A stretch of DNA of 60,285 bases, the filler included. It is 7 parts of 7 records of this genome, joined end to end, with 100 filler letters (N's around TTAATTAATTAA, not from the genome) between each part and the next. Parts side by side here need not be neighbours in the genome. Positions count along the whole stretch, not along the records: positions 5,232 to 15,698 come from DRR723986_15934; positions 15,799 to 27,925 come from DRR723986_15935; 5 more parts are not named here. One strand, written 5' to 3'. The notes below the pieces were generated by a model, which searched no databases, was not told the DNA's origin, and saw only the letters and a list, made by a program, of their open reading frames with translations. Positions 8,454-18,927 of the stretch are shown here, piece by piece; the first letter of the stretch is position 1, and every line of letters begins with the position of its first letter. The position numbers were made by a program, and so were the translations under genes.

Positions 8454-11400
8454 TCATCGAATCTGAAGCTGGCGGCTCAATGTCTGGCCGTCAAAGCCTA
8501 TCTGAATAAAATACGTGCCGGCAGCCACCGCCGCAGACTCACCGTCTGCAGTCAGGTTCCAGACGTGACGATGTGTGCCTGCAGCCACAAAACCGGGCGT
8601 CCAGCTGTGGAGCTTGTTACCAAAGAGATCAACGACAGCCATAGATAGTGTGCCCGAGCGCGCCACATCGATTGAAACTGAACATTGATCAACGACCGGA
8701 TTGGGAGCTACGAGCAGCGCAAGACCATCGATGTCTGAGGTCTTAACATCCGTGCTGACGGAACTGCGCAGAGCCAGCAGCTCAATATCGTCCACGAGAG
8801 CGTTGGCAAAAGAAAAGCCGTCGCCGCGTGGGTCAACCACAAAACGCAGGCGAATTTCAGAGCTTTCGTCAAATGCCGGAGGTACTTCCAGCAGCAACTT
8901 GGACCAGCCGTCAGTAGATTCCGTTATTACGCGCAGGGACTGCCAGGTCTCGCCATCGTCGCTGACGTCAATTCTGAATTCAGGGTCTTGTATTGGCCCG
9001 CCGACGGGAGCAATCAAGGTTGCAAACCAGTAGTGTAGCTGGATAACCGGAACCTGCAGCGTTTGCAGTTCATAGGCAGGCGAAATCGCAGTTGTGCGTC
9101 CCATGCTGACCATGGCTCCTGCAAATCCAAAGCGCGGAGCACGCGCGCCCGTTACCAGGCAGTTTCTTCCGACAGGTGAGTGGTCATCTTCCGGCTGAAC
9201 GAGCAGGTCGACTGGAATTTGCAGATCGGGTAGATATACACGTTCGGGATCCGCAATTTCCCAGCGCGCGGCATTTTCGCGATCACTGTTAACACCCAGG
9301 GTCCAGCCCTCGGCATTTTCAAAATTCTGTTGAGCGATGCGATCATATCCAACCAGGAAGGTGTAAACACCATCCTGCGCGCCCGCGCCACTTAACATGG
9401 TTTTTTCGTCCTGCGCATTAACCTGATAAATCGAATAGTTTACCAGAGTTCCACGCGCCTGAGCCGGGATTATGACACTAAATCCATCTGTCTCATTGCC
9501 AATCGCCTGAACACTTGTGCGCTGCGGATTGCGGTTGGTCCAATATTCGGCGATTGTCGTAGTGGCCTCTCCAGACTTAAAACCCAGCGAGTTGTAGCTG
9601 AAATTTGCCTGGTAGTCATTTTCAGTGTCGTCGGTGTTGGGCAGGGGCGTGTGCGCAAACGAGGTCTGCAGGAAAAGCCCATCGCCGATGTTGTGCCGGT
9701 TAAACGCTTCCAGAATTTCATCGCAGTGCGGCGTACCGTTGCCGAGGTTGCCGTCGTCATCGTCGGCAATCAGGACTTCCATGAACCATTCGCCGAAGAC
9801 CATGCCATTGTCCGGATCGTCCGGCAGACCGTAGCGCGCAAAGTGCAGCAGACGTGTTGCCGTTTCCAGGTTTGTTAAATTGCGCAAGTCCCAAAATGCG
9901 CCGCTGATAATTTGGCCGTCAGCGTGTGATTCACCTTGCAGGTCATCCGGATATCTAAGATCATTAACCGCATTGCGGATCGAGCGGTTGGGCTCGCCGG
10001 TAAAAACACCCAGGCCAACTTCCGGCTGATCTTCGATAAAAGCAGCTACGACGTCGGCGATGCCTTCCTGAGCTGCGGCATTGTCAAATGTGCCGCCCAG
10101 TTTGTCAGCGAAAATGTTGTTAATGCTGTGGCCGTACTCGTGGTAGAGAACGCTGCCGCCATCGGCCATTGCCATTGTAGTGTTGCTCAGGCCCAGGAAT
10201 GCGATTGTATCGCGATTGGAGAAAGCGTTCGGCTCATTCCCAGCCTGGCCGCCAAAGGGATCACCCTGGAACCAGAGTTGGATTACAACCTGGATGTCCA
10301 TGGCATCCGATGCCGGATCGTTTTGTTTGTGCCACTGATACACGCGGTTGCCATGATAAAACATGTTGCGCTCAAAGCGGTGCGAATTTTCGTCCGTCCA
10401 GCTAAGTGTTTGATCACGGCCGGCTGTTAAACTGAAGTCCGGCTTGGAAGTCTGGGCGCCCTGCGCTTCGACGGTGATAAACGGACCGCTGAGTTCAAAT
10501 TCGACTTCGCTGTCGGCAGGTATGTCGATCGTGACATCGCCGTTTGCATCGGTGACGTAGGTCTGGCCGGCAACTTCAAACTGCAGGGATTGCAGCGGCA
10601 CAATTTCCGTCGGCTCGTTGCGCAGTCCTGTACGGACGTCGGCATTAACATTCACCTTGGATTCTATGTGCAGGCAGCGTGCCTGGCGCCGCAGGAGGGC
10701 GCCGTCGTGTGCATCCACCAGAACGTCGTAACGATGTCCGGGATGGTTGGAGTACACTTTTAGCTTGTACACCAAATGGTAATCGACGTGTTGGCCGTGT
10801 ACAATCGGCAATACGTGTAACTGCAGGGATTGTGCATCGGCACTAAAGGTGATGCCCTTCTTGTTTTGCTCGCTCAAGCCCTCAACAGCTGTTGCCAGCG
10901 CAACTGATTCCGCAAGTGACGCTTGTGTGTTCAGCTGGACGTCTGGGAAGGTGTTAAGTCTGAATGCAAAAACTTCGGCGCGACTGTTAATACGCAGCTC
11001 CACTTCTGAGTAGAGTACGCTGAGTTTGTTAAACTCCTGCGCCATGGAAACATACCAGCGTTGCGCCTGGCCCGTGCCAATCGGTGTGGCACGCACAAAT
11101 TCGAGCTGATCAACATTCACATTAAAGACTGCGGCGTGGAGCTGCAGGAAACGGCGTGCTGCAACTTCAACGTTGGAGCTGTTAATTTCTGCAAAACCTT
11201 CGATCGGGATTGGTTTTCCAATTGCCTGACGCGGATTCAGCGTCGCCGGATCCAAAACTACGGACCAGTCGCCGTTACGGCGTTTGAAGTCGGCCCAGAG
11301 TTCGGCCGAGGGTGCCTGGCGCACCGCCAGTAGTTGAGCGGCGTGGTCGGCTTTCTCAACGGGTAGTAATACCTCGTGATGTGAATGATCGTGAGCAAGT

Positions 11401-11564
11401 GAATGCGCATGCTCGTGCGCATGGGCATGATCGTGCACATGTGCATGCTCGTGAGCATGTTCTGTATGTGCCGGCTGCTGCGTGGACTGTGCCGATAGTT
11501 CTGCTGTTGCGCTGCCGCCCGCCACCAGAAGCGACAAAAAGGCGGGGATAAGGGAGTTGCGCAT
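8454..11564 (-). CDS. Secreted M4/M36-like zinc metalloprotease with propeptide, His-rich leader and T9SS sorting domain (paralog 1)
   Basis: Signal peptide; FTP/PepSY-like propeptide (VLVDAHDG); HEYGH; QEGIAD third ligand; ESHADGQIISGAFWDL; C-terminal VAPNP...GTYFIQI. Confidence 0.8.
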   Translation of the reverse strand: MRNSLIPAFLSLLVAGGSATAELSAQSTQQPAHTEHAHEHAHVHDHAHAHEHAHSLAHDHSHHEVLLPVEKADHAAQLLAVRQAPSAELWADFKRRNGDWSVVLDPATLNPRQAIGKPIPIEGFAEINSSNVEVAARRFLQLHAAVFNVNVDQLEFVRATPIGTGQAQRWYVSMAQEFNKLSVLYSEVELRINSRAEVFAFRLNTFPDVQLNTQASLAESVALATAVEGLSEQNKKGITFSADAQSLQLHVLPIVHGQHVDYHLVYKLKVYSNHPGHRYDVLVDAHDGALLRRQARCLHIESKVNVNADVRTGLRNEPTEIVPLQSLQFEVAGQTYVTDANGDVTIDIPADSEVEFELSGPFITVEAQGAQTSKPDFSLTAGRDQTLSWTDENSHRFERNMFYHGNRVYQWHKQNDPASDAMDIQVVIQLWFQGDPFGGQAGNEPNAFSNRDTIAFLGLSNTTMAMADGGSVLYHEYGHSINNIFADKLGGTFDNAAAQEGIADVVAAFIEDQPEVGLGVFTGEPNRSIRNAVNDLRYPDDLQGESHADGQIISGAFWDLRNLTNLETATRLLHFARYGLPDDPDNGMVFGEWFMEVLIADDDDGNLGNGTPHCDEILEAFNRHNIGDGLFLQTSFAHTPLPNTDDTENDYQANFSYNSLGFKSGEATTTIAEYWTNRNPQRTSVQAIGNETDGFSVIIPAQARGTLVNYSIYQVNAQDEKTMLSGAGAQDGVYTFLVGYDRIAQQNFENAEGWTLGVNSDRENAARWEIADPERVYLPDLQIPVDLLVQPEDDHSPVGRNCLVTGARAPRFGFAGAMVSMGRTTAISPAYELQTLQVPVIQLHYWFATLIAPVGGPIQDPEFRIDVSDDGETWQSLRVITESTDGWSKLLLEVPPAFDESSEIRLRFVVDPRGDGFSFANALVDDIELLALRSSVSTDVKTSDIDGLALLVAPNPVVDQCSVSIDVARSGTLSMAVVDLFGNKLHSWTPGFVAAGTHRHVWNLTADGESAAVAAGTYFIQIGFDGQTLSRQLQIR

Positions 11565-11891
11565 GGGTTTGGTACCTCGCTTAGTCTGAGTGTGTTTGGG
11601 AAAATCCGATGCATACAGGAATGTTCTGCCGTCCGCCGCACGTCGGTCAGTGGCGCAGAGTTTCCAGACTCACGGATTGTGTGCCGAGCTTAGTAGCCGA
11701 AGGGATCAACAACAGGAACAGGGAATCGATACTTGGGCAACGGTGCAAAACAAGAAAATCAAGAGAGCCAGCCGGCGAATGCTAATGAGAAGGCGCAGTG
11801 TTCATGCGGTCTGAAGAGCAAATCTCTACCAAAAACTTGCTGCCAAAAAAAGTCAAAAACAGCTGAAACGGTCGTCAAAAAAGGGCGCAAA

Positions 11892-11921
11892 AGCTCCCCC
11901 GGAGATAAATCCGGAGGAGCT
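11892..11921 (-). terminator. Probable intrinsic terminator of the 11970-15002 gene
   Basis: Minus strand AGCTCCTCCGGA-N6-TCCGGGGGAGCT followed by TTTG...TTTTTT. Confidence 0.65.
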
Positions 11922-11969
11922 GAGGTGATTTGCGCTTTTACTTTCCATTCAAATTTTCGGCATGAGCCC

Positions 11970-14900
11970 CTACTCAACGACAAGAGTGCGCGTTAGTTGC
12001 GTTGTGCCAATTACGGTGCGAACCAGATATGCGCCCGGGCTGAGAGCAGTGCCCGTTCCCGTGATGAGTGGGAGCTGAACCACGTGTGTGCCGATGTCCA
12101 GGGGGCCGAATGTGCGCGTGAAAACAGCATTGCCAAGAATGTCGAGTAACTCCACCGACGCTACGCCGGGTTTATTGAGTTCGAGTGACAATTGGAATTC
12201 GTCCCGCGCTGGATTTGGCATGAGTGTTACGTCAAAATTGGCTGGATTGCCGCTGTCGTCCACCGAGGAGCCGACGTCGCTGCGTGAGAGAATCTGGACT
12301 TCATCGACCAGGCTGTTTGAGAAAGCAGTGAGGCCTGCGGCGCGTGCATCGACAATAAAACGGACACGGAAGGTCTCACTTTTTGCGAAGTTTTCGGGAA
12401 TGTTTAGCAGGACTTTGGCCCAGCCCTGATGCGAGGATTTGATTGTCTGGATTGAGAACCAGGATTGGCCACCATTGCCTGAGACTTCCACGCGAAATTC
12501 AGGGTGATCAGCTGCGCCGGGCTGGCCGGTCGAAATGAACCAGTATTGGAATTGCAGGAGCGGCTCAAAAGTAGCCGAAATGTCGAAGACGGGCGAAGTG
12601 GCAAAAGTTTGCGAGCCAAAAACGGTTGAAAGCGTGAAGTTTTGCGGATGCACGGAAACACCGGTGACGAGGCAGTCCGTACCATCTGCGGAGAAATCGT
12701 CATCGGGCTGCATTTCCAGCGAAACTGGAAGCCCGTAGTCCTGGAGGTTCATAGGATCTGGATCACCGATTTCCCAGCCTGCGCCGGAGCCATTGCCGGG
12801 AGTCTCAAGCGTCCAATCATCGGCGTCTTCAAAATCAATGAAGACTGTGCGATTATAGCCTACCAGAAACGTGTAGATGCCATCTACGGCACCGAGTCCG
12901 GAAATAGTGCGGTAGGTGCTGTTGTCCGAATTGGCCACCTGGATTTGATAGGAGACTCGTGTGCCTGCCGCCTGCGCGGGAATCATTGCGCGGAATTCAT
13001 TGCCGTCACCAATTACGGACGTTGGTATGTCAATCGGGTTGGGATCGCGTGAAGTGAAGTAGCGCAGGCGCGTGCTCGGCTCCAGACCATCTTTTAGGTC
13101 CAGCGAGGAAAAGGCGAATTCTACGGTATAGTCGGCCTTGGTCTCGGGTGTGTTGTCCAGGGCTTTGTGCTGAAAGGTGTTGGTGCGGAAAAGCTGGAGG
13201 CCGATGTTGTGATTGTCAAAGGCCTCAATGATTTCATCGCAGTGTGGTGTACCGTTTGTCAGGTCGCCATCGTCATCGTCGGCAATCAGGGATTCCATAA
13301 ACCATTCGCCGAACATCGTGCCGACATTTGGGTCATCCGGCAGGCCGTAGCGCGCAAAGTGCAAAATATTTGTTGCTGTCTCCAGCGAGGTTAGTGTACG
13401 CAGATCCCAATAAGCGCCGCTGATGATCTGGCCGTCAAAGTGCTGTCCACCGGTAATATCATCGGGATATTTGAGCGTGTTTTCGGCATCGCGGATAAAA
13501 CGTTCGGGTTCGTCAACAAATACACCCAGGCCAACCTGCGAATGGTCTTCAACAAATGCCGCAACTGCGTCGGCAATGCCTTCCTGCGACGTGGGATTGC
13601 TGAAGGTTCCGCCCAGCTCGATTGCAAAGAGTGAGTTAATGCTGTGTCCATATTCGTGGTACAAAACGCTGCCGCCATCGGCCATGCGCATTTCCGGCAG
13701 AGAAAGGCCGATAAAAGCAATTGTGTCCAGATTGGAAAATGCGTTGGCCATGTTTCCAGTCAGGCCACCAAATGGATTACCTTCAAACCACATTTGCAGT
13801 ACTACCTGACGATCCATGACTGTATTTGTCGGCTCAATATTTTTAAACCAGTTGTGTACAATATTGCCATGATAAAACATGTTGCGTTCGTACAAATGTG
13901 AATTGGCGTCATTCCAGCGAACAGTAGTTCCTGCACCGGCGTTAACAGTCACCGATTGCGCCGCATTGGCGCGGCCTTGTGATTCTACTTTGATAAATGG
14001 GCCTTCCAGGCGTGGTTCGATTTTAACGTCACCTGAGATATCGGCGTTAATATTGCCATCCGCATCGCTCAGGTAGCGAATGCCGTCAATGTCCACATAG
14101 TTCTGTTGCAGCCCTACAAGTTCAATCGCGTCGGTAGAGAGGCCGGTACGCACATCTGCACGCACGGCGACTGGCGTCTGGATGTGCAGGGCGGTAGCTA
14201 CGCGGCGCAGCAGGTGTCCACTATGTGCATCCACGGTGGCATCAAAACGCAGGCCCGGATGCTCCGAGCGCAGTTCCATGTTGTAAACCAGGCGATAGTT
14301 AACTGCGGAGGCCTGCACGAACGGCAGGACGCTCAGCTCAACGGTTGCCGGATCCACGCGCACGCGTAGCGCCTCAAATTCATCATCCTGCAGTCCTGTG
14401 AGTGCCGTGTTAAATACATCCGGCAGACTGACTGATGGCTGCGAGTTTAATTCAATTCCGTTAAATGTATTCAGGCGCATGGCAAAGAGTTCACCACGCG
14501 CGTTAATGCGCAGTTCGGCTTCGGAGTGCTGAACGAGCATGCCTTGATATGTTTGTTCAAAGGAGAGATACCAGCGTTTGGATTTGCCGCTGCCGAGCGG
14601 TGTAAGGCGCATAAACTCAAGTGCCTGAGCATTGATGTTAAACACCTCGGCATTCTTAAGCAGGAAGTTATGTGCTGCGCTTGTAATTGCGGCATCATCG
14701 TTTAAATCGCTTATTCCGAGTGGAATTGGTGTGCCGAGTGCCTGGCGCGGATTGCCGGATCGCGGATCGAGCAGGGCTGTCCACGCACCATTTTCGGCAT
14801 TAAACTTTTGCCACAGCTCTGCAGTTTCGGCATCCTTTACGGAGATTAACTGCGGCACCTGGTTTGCATATTCAATCGGAAGCAGTATATCGGGAACCAG

Positions 14901-15002
14901 ATGATGTTCGTGCTCATGATCATGGTCGTTATCGGCCGGCAGCTGACTGGCGGATGTTACGGCCAGCAGCAGAATAACAATAAGAGCGGATGTTAAGCGC
15001 AT
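11970..15002 (-). CDS. Secreted M4/M36-like zinc metalloprotease with T9SS sorting domain (paralog 2)
   Basis: Same architecture as paralog 1: DHDHEHEHH leader, HEYGH, QEGIAD, LHFARYGLPDDP, ADDDDGDLTNGTPHC, C-terminal MPNPA...GAYLVR. Confidence 0.8.
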   Translation of the reverse strand: MRLTSALIVILLLAVTSASQLPADNDHDHEHEHHLVPDILLPIEYANQVPQLISVKDAETAELWQKFNAENGAWTALLDPRSGNPRQALGTPIPLGISDLNDDAAITSAAHNFLLKNAEVFNINAQALEFMRLTPLGSGKSKRWYLSFEQTYQGMLVQHSEAELRINARGELFAMRLNTFNGIELNSQPSVSLPDVFNTALTGLQDDEFEALRVRVDPATVELSVLPFVQASAVNYRLVYNMELRSEHPGLRFDATVDAHSGHLLRRVATALHIQTPVAVRADVRTGLSTDAIELVGLQQNYVDIDGIRYLSDADGNINADISGDVKIEPRLEGPFIKVESQGRANAAQSVTVNAGAGTTVRWNDANSHLYERNMFYHGNIVHNWFKNIEPTNTVMDRQVVLQMWFEGNPFGGLTGNMANAFSNLDTIAFIGLSLPEMRMADGGSVLYHEYGHSINSLFAIELGGTFSNPTSQEGIADAVAAFVEDHSQVGLGVFVDEPERFIRDAENTLKYPDDITGGQHFDGQIISGAYWDLRTLTSLETATNILHFARYGLPDDPNVGTMFGEWFMESLIADDDDGDLTNGTPHCDEIIEAFDNHNIGLQLFRTNTFQHKALDNTPETKADYTVEFAFSSLDLKDGLEPSTRLRYFTSRDPNPIDIPTSVIGDGNEFRAMIPAQAAGTRVSYQIQVANSDNSTYRTISGLGAVDGIYTFLVGYNRTVFIDFEDADDWTLETPGNGSGAGWEIGDPDPMNLQDYGLPVSLEMQPDDDFSADGTDCLVTGVSVHPQNFTLSTVFGSQTFATSPVFDISATFEPLLQFQYWFISTGQPGAADHPEFRVEVSGNGGQSWFSIQTIKSSHQGWAKVLLNIPENFAKSETFRVRFIVDARAAGLTAFSNSLVDEVQILSRSDVGSSVDDSGNPANFDVTLMPNPARDEFQLSLELNKPGVASVELLDILGNAVFTRTFGPLDIGTHVVQLPLITGTGTALSPGAYLVRTVIGTTQLTRTLVVE

Positions 15003-15470
15003 AAGCGTTTTTTTTCCTGATTGGGGGGAGCAATGTGACGGATTGACAATTAAAGGGACGCTAGTGTCAATTTGAGCATTGGAACACTATGTGTGGCTGT
15101 CGCAGATGTCAGCGGCCGCGTTGTGGCTCACTTCCCATATTGGCTGACGCGAGCCGGGCCAGGCGTTTCTGGGGTTTCTGTGCCGGAACATGCACAGAGG
15201 GAGGGGATCGGGGTAAAGGATTTAGCGCGCATCAGCATTATCCGACGGATCGAAGGGAAGATAAAGATTCTTGACTTGTTGAAAAAATGTCTTCGAGGGC
15301 AAAAATCCGTACCCTTTTTTGGGCTTGCGACGCTTGCGCCCCGGCGTTCCTTGCTACGCTCGTTCACTTGTGGCTGGCTGTTTGATGTTTTTGTTGGTTG
15401 TTGGGTATGGAGGCAGGAGTTGCTGGGAGCTTGTAGGTGGACGGGTGTGTGAGTTGTGAGTCTGTTAGCC

Positions 15471-15561
15471 CTGAGCATTTTTGTCTGAGGGACTTTTGGC
15501 TGAGGGACTTTTGGCTGACGGACTTTTGGCTCACAGCCCTAAGGGCTGTGAGCCAAAAGTC
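15471..15561. repeat. 15-bp tandem repeats running into a 19-bp-stem palindrome
   Basis: Three CTGA(G/C)GGACTTTTGG units (plus one degenerate), then GACTTTTGGCTCACAGCCC-taa-GGGCTGTGAGCCAAAAGTC (15521-15561). Confidence 0.85.
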
Positions 15562-15673
15562 TACGGGGCATTAAGAATCAAGTCAAAAGACTTGAGCGTT
15601 CAGAATTTGAGCCTCAGCGGTGGAGTCATGAGTCTGAGCGGTCAGCAATTGAGTCTTGGTGATTAACACCACC

Positions 15674-15698
15674 AGCTGTTAGCCACAGGCTAACAGCT
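15674..15698. repeat. REP-like palindrome at the contig end
   Basis: AGCTGTTAGCC-aca-GGCTAACAGCT; same stem as 7982-8010. Confidence 0.8.
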
Positions 15699-15798
15699 NN
15701 NNNNNNNNNNNNNNNNNNNNNNNNNNNNNNNNNNNNNNNNNNTTAATTAATTAANNNNNNNNNNNNNNNNNNNNNNNNNNNNNNNNNNNNNNNNNNNN
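15699..15798. other. Artificial contig spacer
   Basis: N-run with TTAATTAATTAA. Confidence 0.99.
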
Positions 15799-15968
15799 CC
15801 CTAAGGGCTCGACCCTGTTCTAAAATTTTCGATTTTAAAAACCTCGATCGTTAAATCCAATTTGCGTCACGCAGACTCCAAGCCGGCGACCGCAAAACCA
15901 TATTGCCTTGGAATTGACGAATTCGCAGGAAGTTGGGATTACGGGTCAAATGTTATCCCGAATTCAGG
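15799..15968. repeat. Dispersed non-coding repeat, copy 2 (truncated at contig start)
   Basis: Begins CCCTAAGGGCTCGACCCTGTT (right half of the 8148 hairpin); 15903-15968 aligns without gaps to 8267-8332 (50/66 identical by hand count). Confidence 0.75.
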
Positions 15969-16333
15969 TGTGGTAAACGCTGTTCAGCCGGCTGCTATCT
16001 TCTGAAATTACGCGATCTAGGCAGGTGCCGGCTGCGATCACTAAACAGCTGTTGATCGCAGAATCCGGAGTGACGGAGTCTGGAGACTGATAGATCTGTA
16101 GTCTTCGGTTTCAGAGGCAGGTCGGATGTGTTTTTGCGCAAATCCAGAGCATTTGAGGCCGGATGATTGCATTGGCGAGCGGGGAAGCCCACGAGTCTCG
16201 GGATACAAGGAAATTCGATTCAGGGGGGCGGGAAAGAGGCTGAGCGCGGGGATTTTGGCTTTGAGCGGGCGGTTTTTTTGAATCTCCCCCGCCACACTCC
16301 AAAAACAAAGATTCCCAATCGCCCAAAGGCCCC

Positions 16334-16996
16334 TTATCTCAATATCGAAGCCAGTGAAGTATGCGCGGCTTCAGCCATTATATCATATGCTGCATCGGAA
16401 GGGTGGATTCCGTCCGGCAGCAGCTCTTCCAAGGGCTGCGCGCGGCTCTGAAGCGCAGCGGCAAAGTCGATTTGATCCAGTGCCCAGCGGCGTAGCCACT
16501 CGCGGAATTTGTCCAGCTCATTGCGGCGGCGCTCAATCGCCTGCAGCGTGGCGTCACTCCAGTAGCGCTGAACAAGTTCGGGGACAAAACCAGGCGGAAT
16601 GCCCCAAACAAGCTGAATATTTTTGGCTTCAAGGCTTTCGCGCAGCTGCAGGACGCGCTCCTGAATCTCCGATACTTCCAGTCCCTGCGCCGCGTCGTTT
16701 GAGCCGCCGGAGACTATCACCATTTGTGGCTTGTGGATCAGTACTTCGCGATCCAGGCGCTTGAGCATGCCGCCGTAGGGATCGCCATTGAGACCGGCAT
16801 TGATGATCTCTACATTCAGCGTCTGGGCCACCTGGGCCGGCCAGGCGCGATCGGAGCGGCGCAATATTCCGCGTCCACCATCCAGTTTGTAACGCCCGGG
16901 ATACCCCCAGGTTAATGAGTCGCCCAGCGCAACAATGTGCTGAATATTGTTCGCAGCAGCCTGCGAGTTGCCGGATTGATTCGCCGTAGTAGTCAT
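16334..16996 (-). CDS. SGNH/GDSL-family esterase/lipase
   Basis: LGDSLTWG, NAGLNG, GGSND and DGIHP blocks; probable start MTTTANQ at 16996. Confidence 0.85.
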   Translation of the reverse strand: MTTTANQSGNSQAAANNIQHIVALGDSLTWGYPGRYKLDGGRGILRRSDRAWPAQVAQTLNVEIINAGLNGDPYGGMLKRLDREVLIHKPQMVIVSGGSNDAAQGLEVSEIQERVLQLRESLEAKNIQLVWGIPPGFVPELVQRYWSDATLQAIERRRNELDKFREWLRRWALDQIDFAAALQSRAQPLEELLPDGIHPSDAAYDIMAEAAHTSLASILR

Positions 16997-17281
16997 GCGC
17001 CAGAGTACGAAAACCTGCCCGCAAAATTGCTCAAATTCTTGAATTGTGGCTGCGGTAAACTTGTTTGAAGTTTTGGCCGGCGAGGCCTGTCGCCAGGCGC
17101 GGTAATTGTTGGTGGCACGCGGATTCTGTGCAGGCACCGATTGATTGTTTCTGTTGGCGCCAGCACGTTCAGGCGGGCATTGGCGCCGTAGAAGTCTGGT
17201 TCCTGCCTGCTGGATTGGCCAGAAATCGCGAACTTGCACTATGCTCTTCTTTCTGCCTTCCGTCTTTGTCCTGAGAATTTC

Positions 17282-18694
17282 ATGAAGCAGCCTTCCGCAT
17301 CCGACTCTGCCTTCTTTCGGCCTGACCTGCCATTTGCGCCTTCGCGTTTTCCGCTGCAATACGGTCTGGTGATCATTTTGGTCGGCAGCATTGGCACCGT
17401 GATGAGCGTGCCCGGGCAGACCGTCGGGATCGGCGTTTTTACGGACTTTTTGATGGCGACGCTGCTGCTGGACCGCACGACACTCTCGCTGACCTACTTG
17501 TTTGGCACGGTGGGCAGCAGTTTGCTCCTGCCCTATGGTGGGCGTTTGTTCGACCGCCTGGGTGCGCGGCGCATGGTCTTCTTTGTGTGCATTGGTTTTG
17601 CACTGGCATTGAGTCTAATGGCTTCGCTGGATGTCATCAGCGCTGCGATACTTGGGACTTTTGGCCAGGGGACAGCGTACTGGCTGCTGTTTGCATTGGC
17701 GATTTTCACGTTTCTACTATTGCGCCAATTTGGTCAGGGGTTACTGACGATGGTAAGCCGCACAATGATCAGCAAGTGGTTTGTGCAGCAGCGCGGCCTG
17801 GCGATCGGTATTTCCGGTGTAATTGTAGCGGTAGGTTTTAACGCCGGCCCCAAGTTTGTGAATGACATGATTGACGCCTGGGGCTGGCAGCAAGCCTGTT
17901 ACATTCTGGCTTTGATGGTCGGCGTGGGGATGGGGCTGCTCGGCTGGCTTTTTTATCGCGATAATCCCGAAGACTGCGGGATGCAGCCGGACTTGAGTGG
18001 TGCTAATAACTCCCTGGACTCCAGTTCAAATTCTGATGGAGCCGGCTGGCTGACGCGAATTACGCAGCGCTTCAAGCAACCATTAGAGCGTGTGGAGCGT
18101 TCTGTTGATACACGAACTGCGCTGCGTTCCTTTGCATTTTGGGCATTTAACCTGGGCACGGGTGTGCAGGCGCTTCTGGTAACGGCTATCATGTTTCATC
18201 TGGCGGACATCGGCGTGACCAACGGTCTTGACCGCAGTGAAGTATTTGCTCTCCTGATTCCGATGAGTTTCGTGAGTGCGCCACTTGTCCTGCTTGGTGG
18301 CTTATTGAGCGACCGCATGCAACTCAAGCACTTGTTGATGGTGCAGATGTTGACGCTGGCCGGGTTTACAGCTTCAATTTTGATACTGGACACTCCGGGC
18401 GGGCGATTGTTGTTTGTCGTTAGTGCCGGAATTTCCGGTGGTCTGTTCGGCGTACTTTCATCTGTGACCTGGCCGCGCTTTTTTGGTCGCGCGCACCTGG
18501 GTGGGATTGCGGGTTACAACATGAGTACCATGGTATTTTGCAGTGCAATTGGTCCGGCCTTGTTTGCACTGGCAGAATCCTGGGCCGACTCCTACCTGCC
18601 CGTAACACTGGCATCACTGATTCTACCTGCCTCCGTACTTGTGATGGCCTTTTGGGCTAACAATCCACAGGAACGTTACCAGGCCGCTGAATAA
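17282..18694 (+). CDS. MFS transporter
   Basis: About 12 hydrophobic segments; GRLFDRLGARR motif A; WFVQQRGLAIG. Confidence 0.88.
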   Translation: MKQPSASDSAFFRPDLPFAPSRFPLQYGLVIILVGSIGTVMSVPGQTVGIGVFTDFLMATLLLDRTTLSLTYLFGTVGSSLLLPYGGRLFDRLGARRMVFFVCIGFALALSLMASLDVISAAILGTFGQGTAYWLLFALAIFTFLLLRQFGQGLLTMVSRTMISKWFVQQRGLAIGISGVIVAVGFNAGPKFVNDMIDAWGWQQACYILALMVGVGMGLLGWLFYRDNPEDCGMQPDLSGANNSLDSSSNSDGAGWLTRITQRFKQPLERVERSVDTRTALRSFAFWAFNLGTGVQALLVTAIMFHLADIGVTNGLDRSEVFALLIPMSFVSAPLVLLGGLLSDRMQLKHLLMVQMLTLAGFTASILILDTPGGRLLFVVSAGISGGLFGVLSSVTWPRFFGRAHLGGIAGYNMSTMVFCSAIGPALFALAESWADSYLPVTLASLILPASVLVMAFWANNPQERYQAAE

Positions 18695-18927
18695 CTGACC
18701 ATCACACTCCTAAAGCATCGATAATACAATCCGATTGGGCAACAAGCGTCCCGTCAGCGGATTGTCTGGTGAAGAAATTGTTACCGTCATTTTACAAGCG
18801 AGTAACATGTAAATCACAAATAACCCGTAGTTTTGGATCTTAGTTATCAAAGCCTTCCGGGGGGGCGCCGTCCGGCGTTCAGTCAATCAGACTTAGTCCA
18901 TTTTTGCACACAAAGCCATGGTGGCTT

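Noticed and set aside
15471..15561. Possible CRISPR array
   Set aside because: Units are 15 bp and directly adjacent, with no unique spacers, and there are no cas genes in the window.
15003..16333. Short ORFs in the intergenic regions around the second spacer
   Set aside because: No recognisable motifs; they overlap repeats or compositionally skewed DNA (15481-15666 simply translates the tandem repeat).
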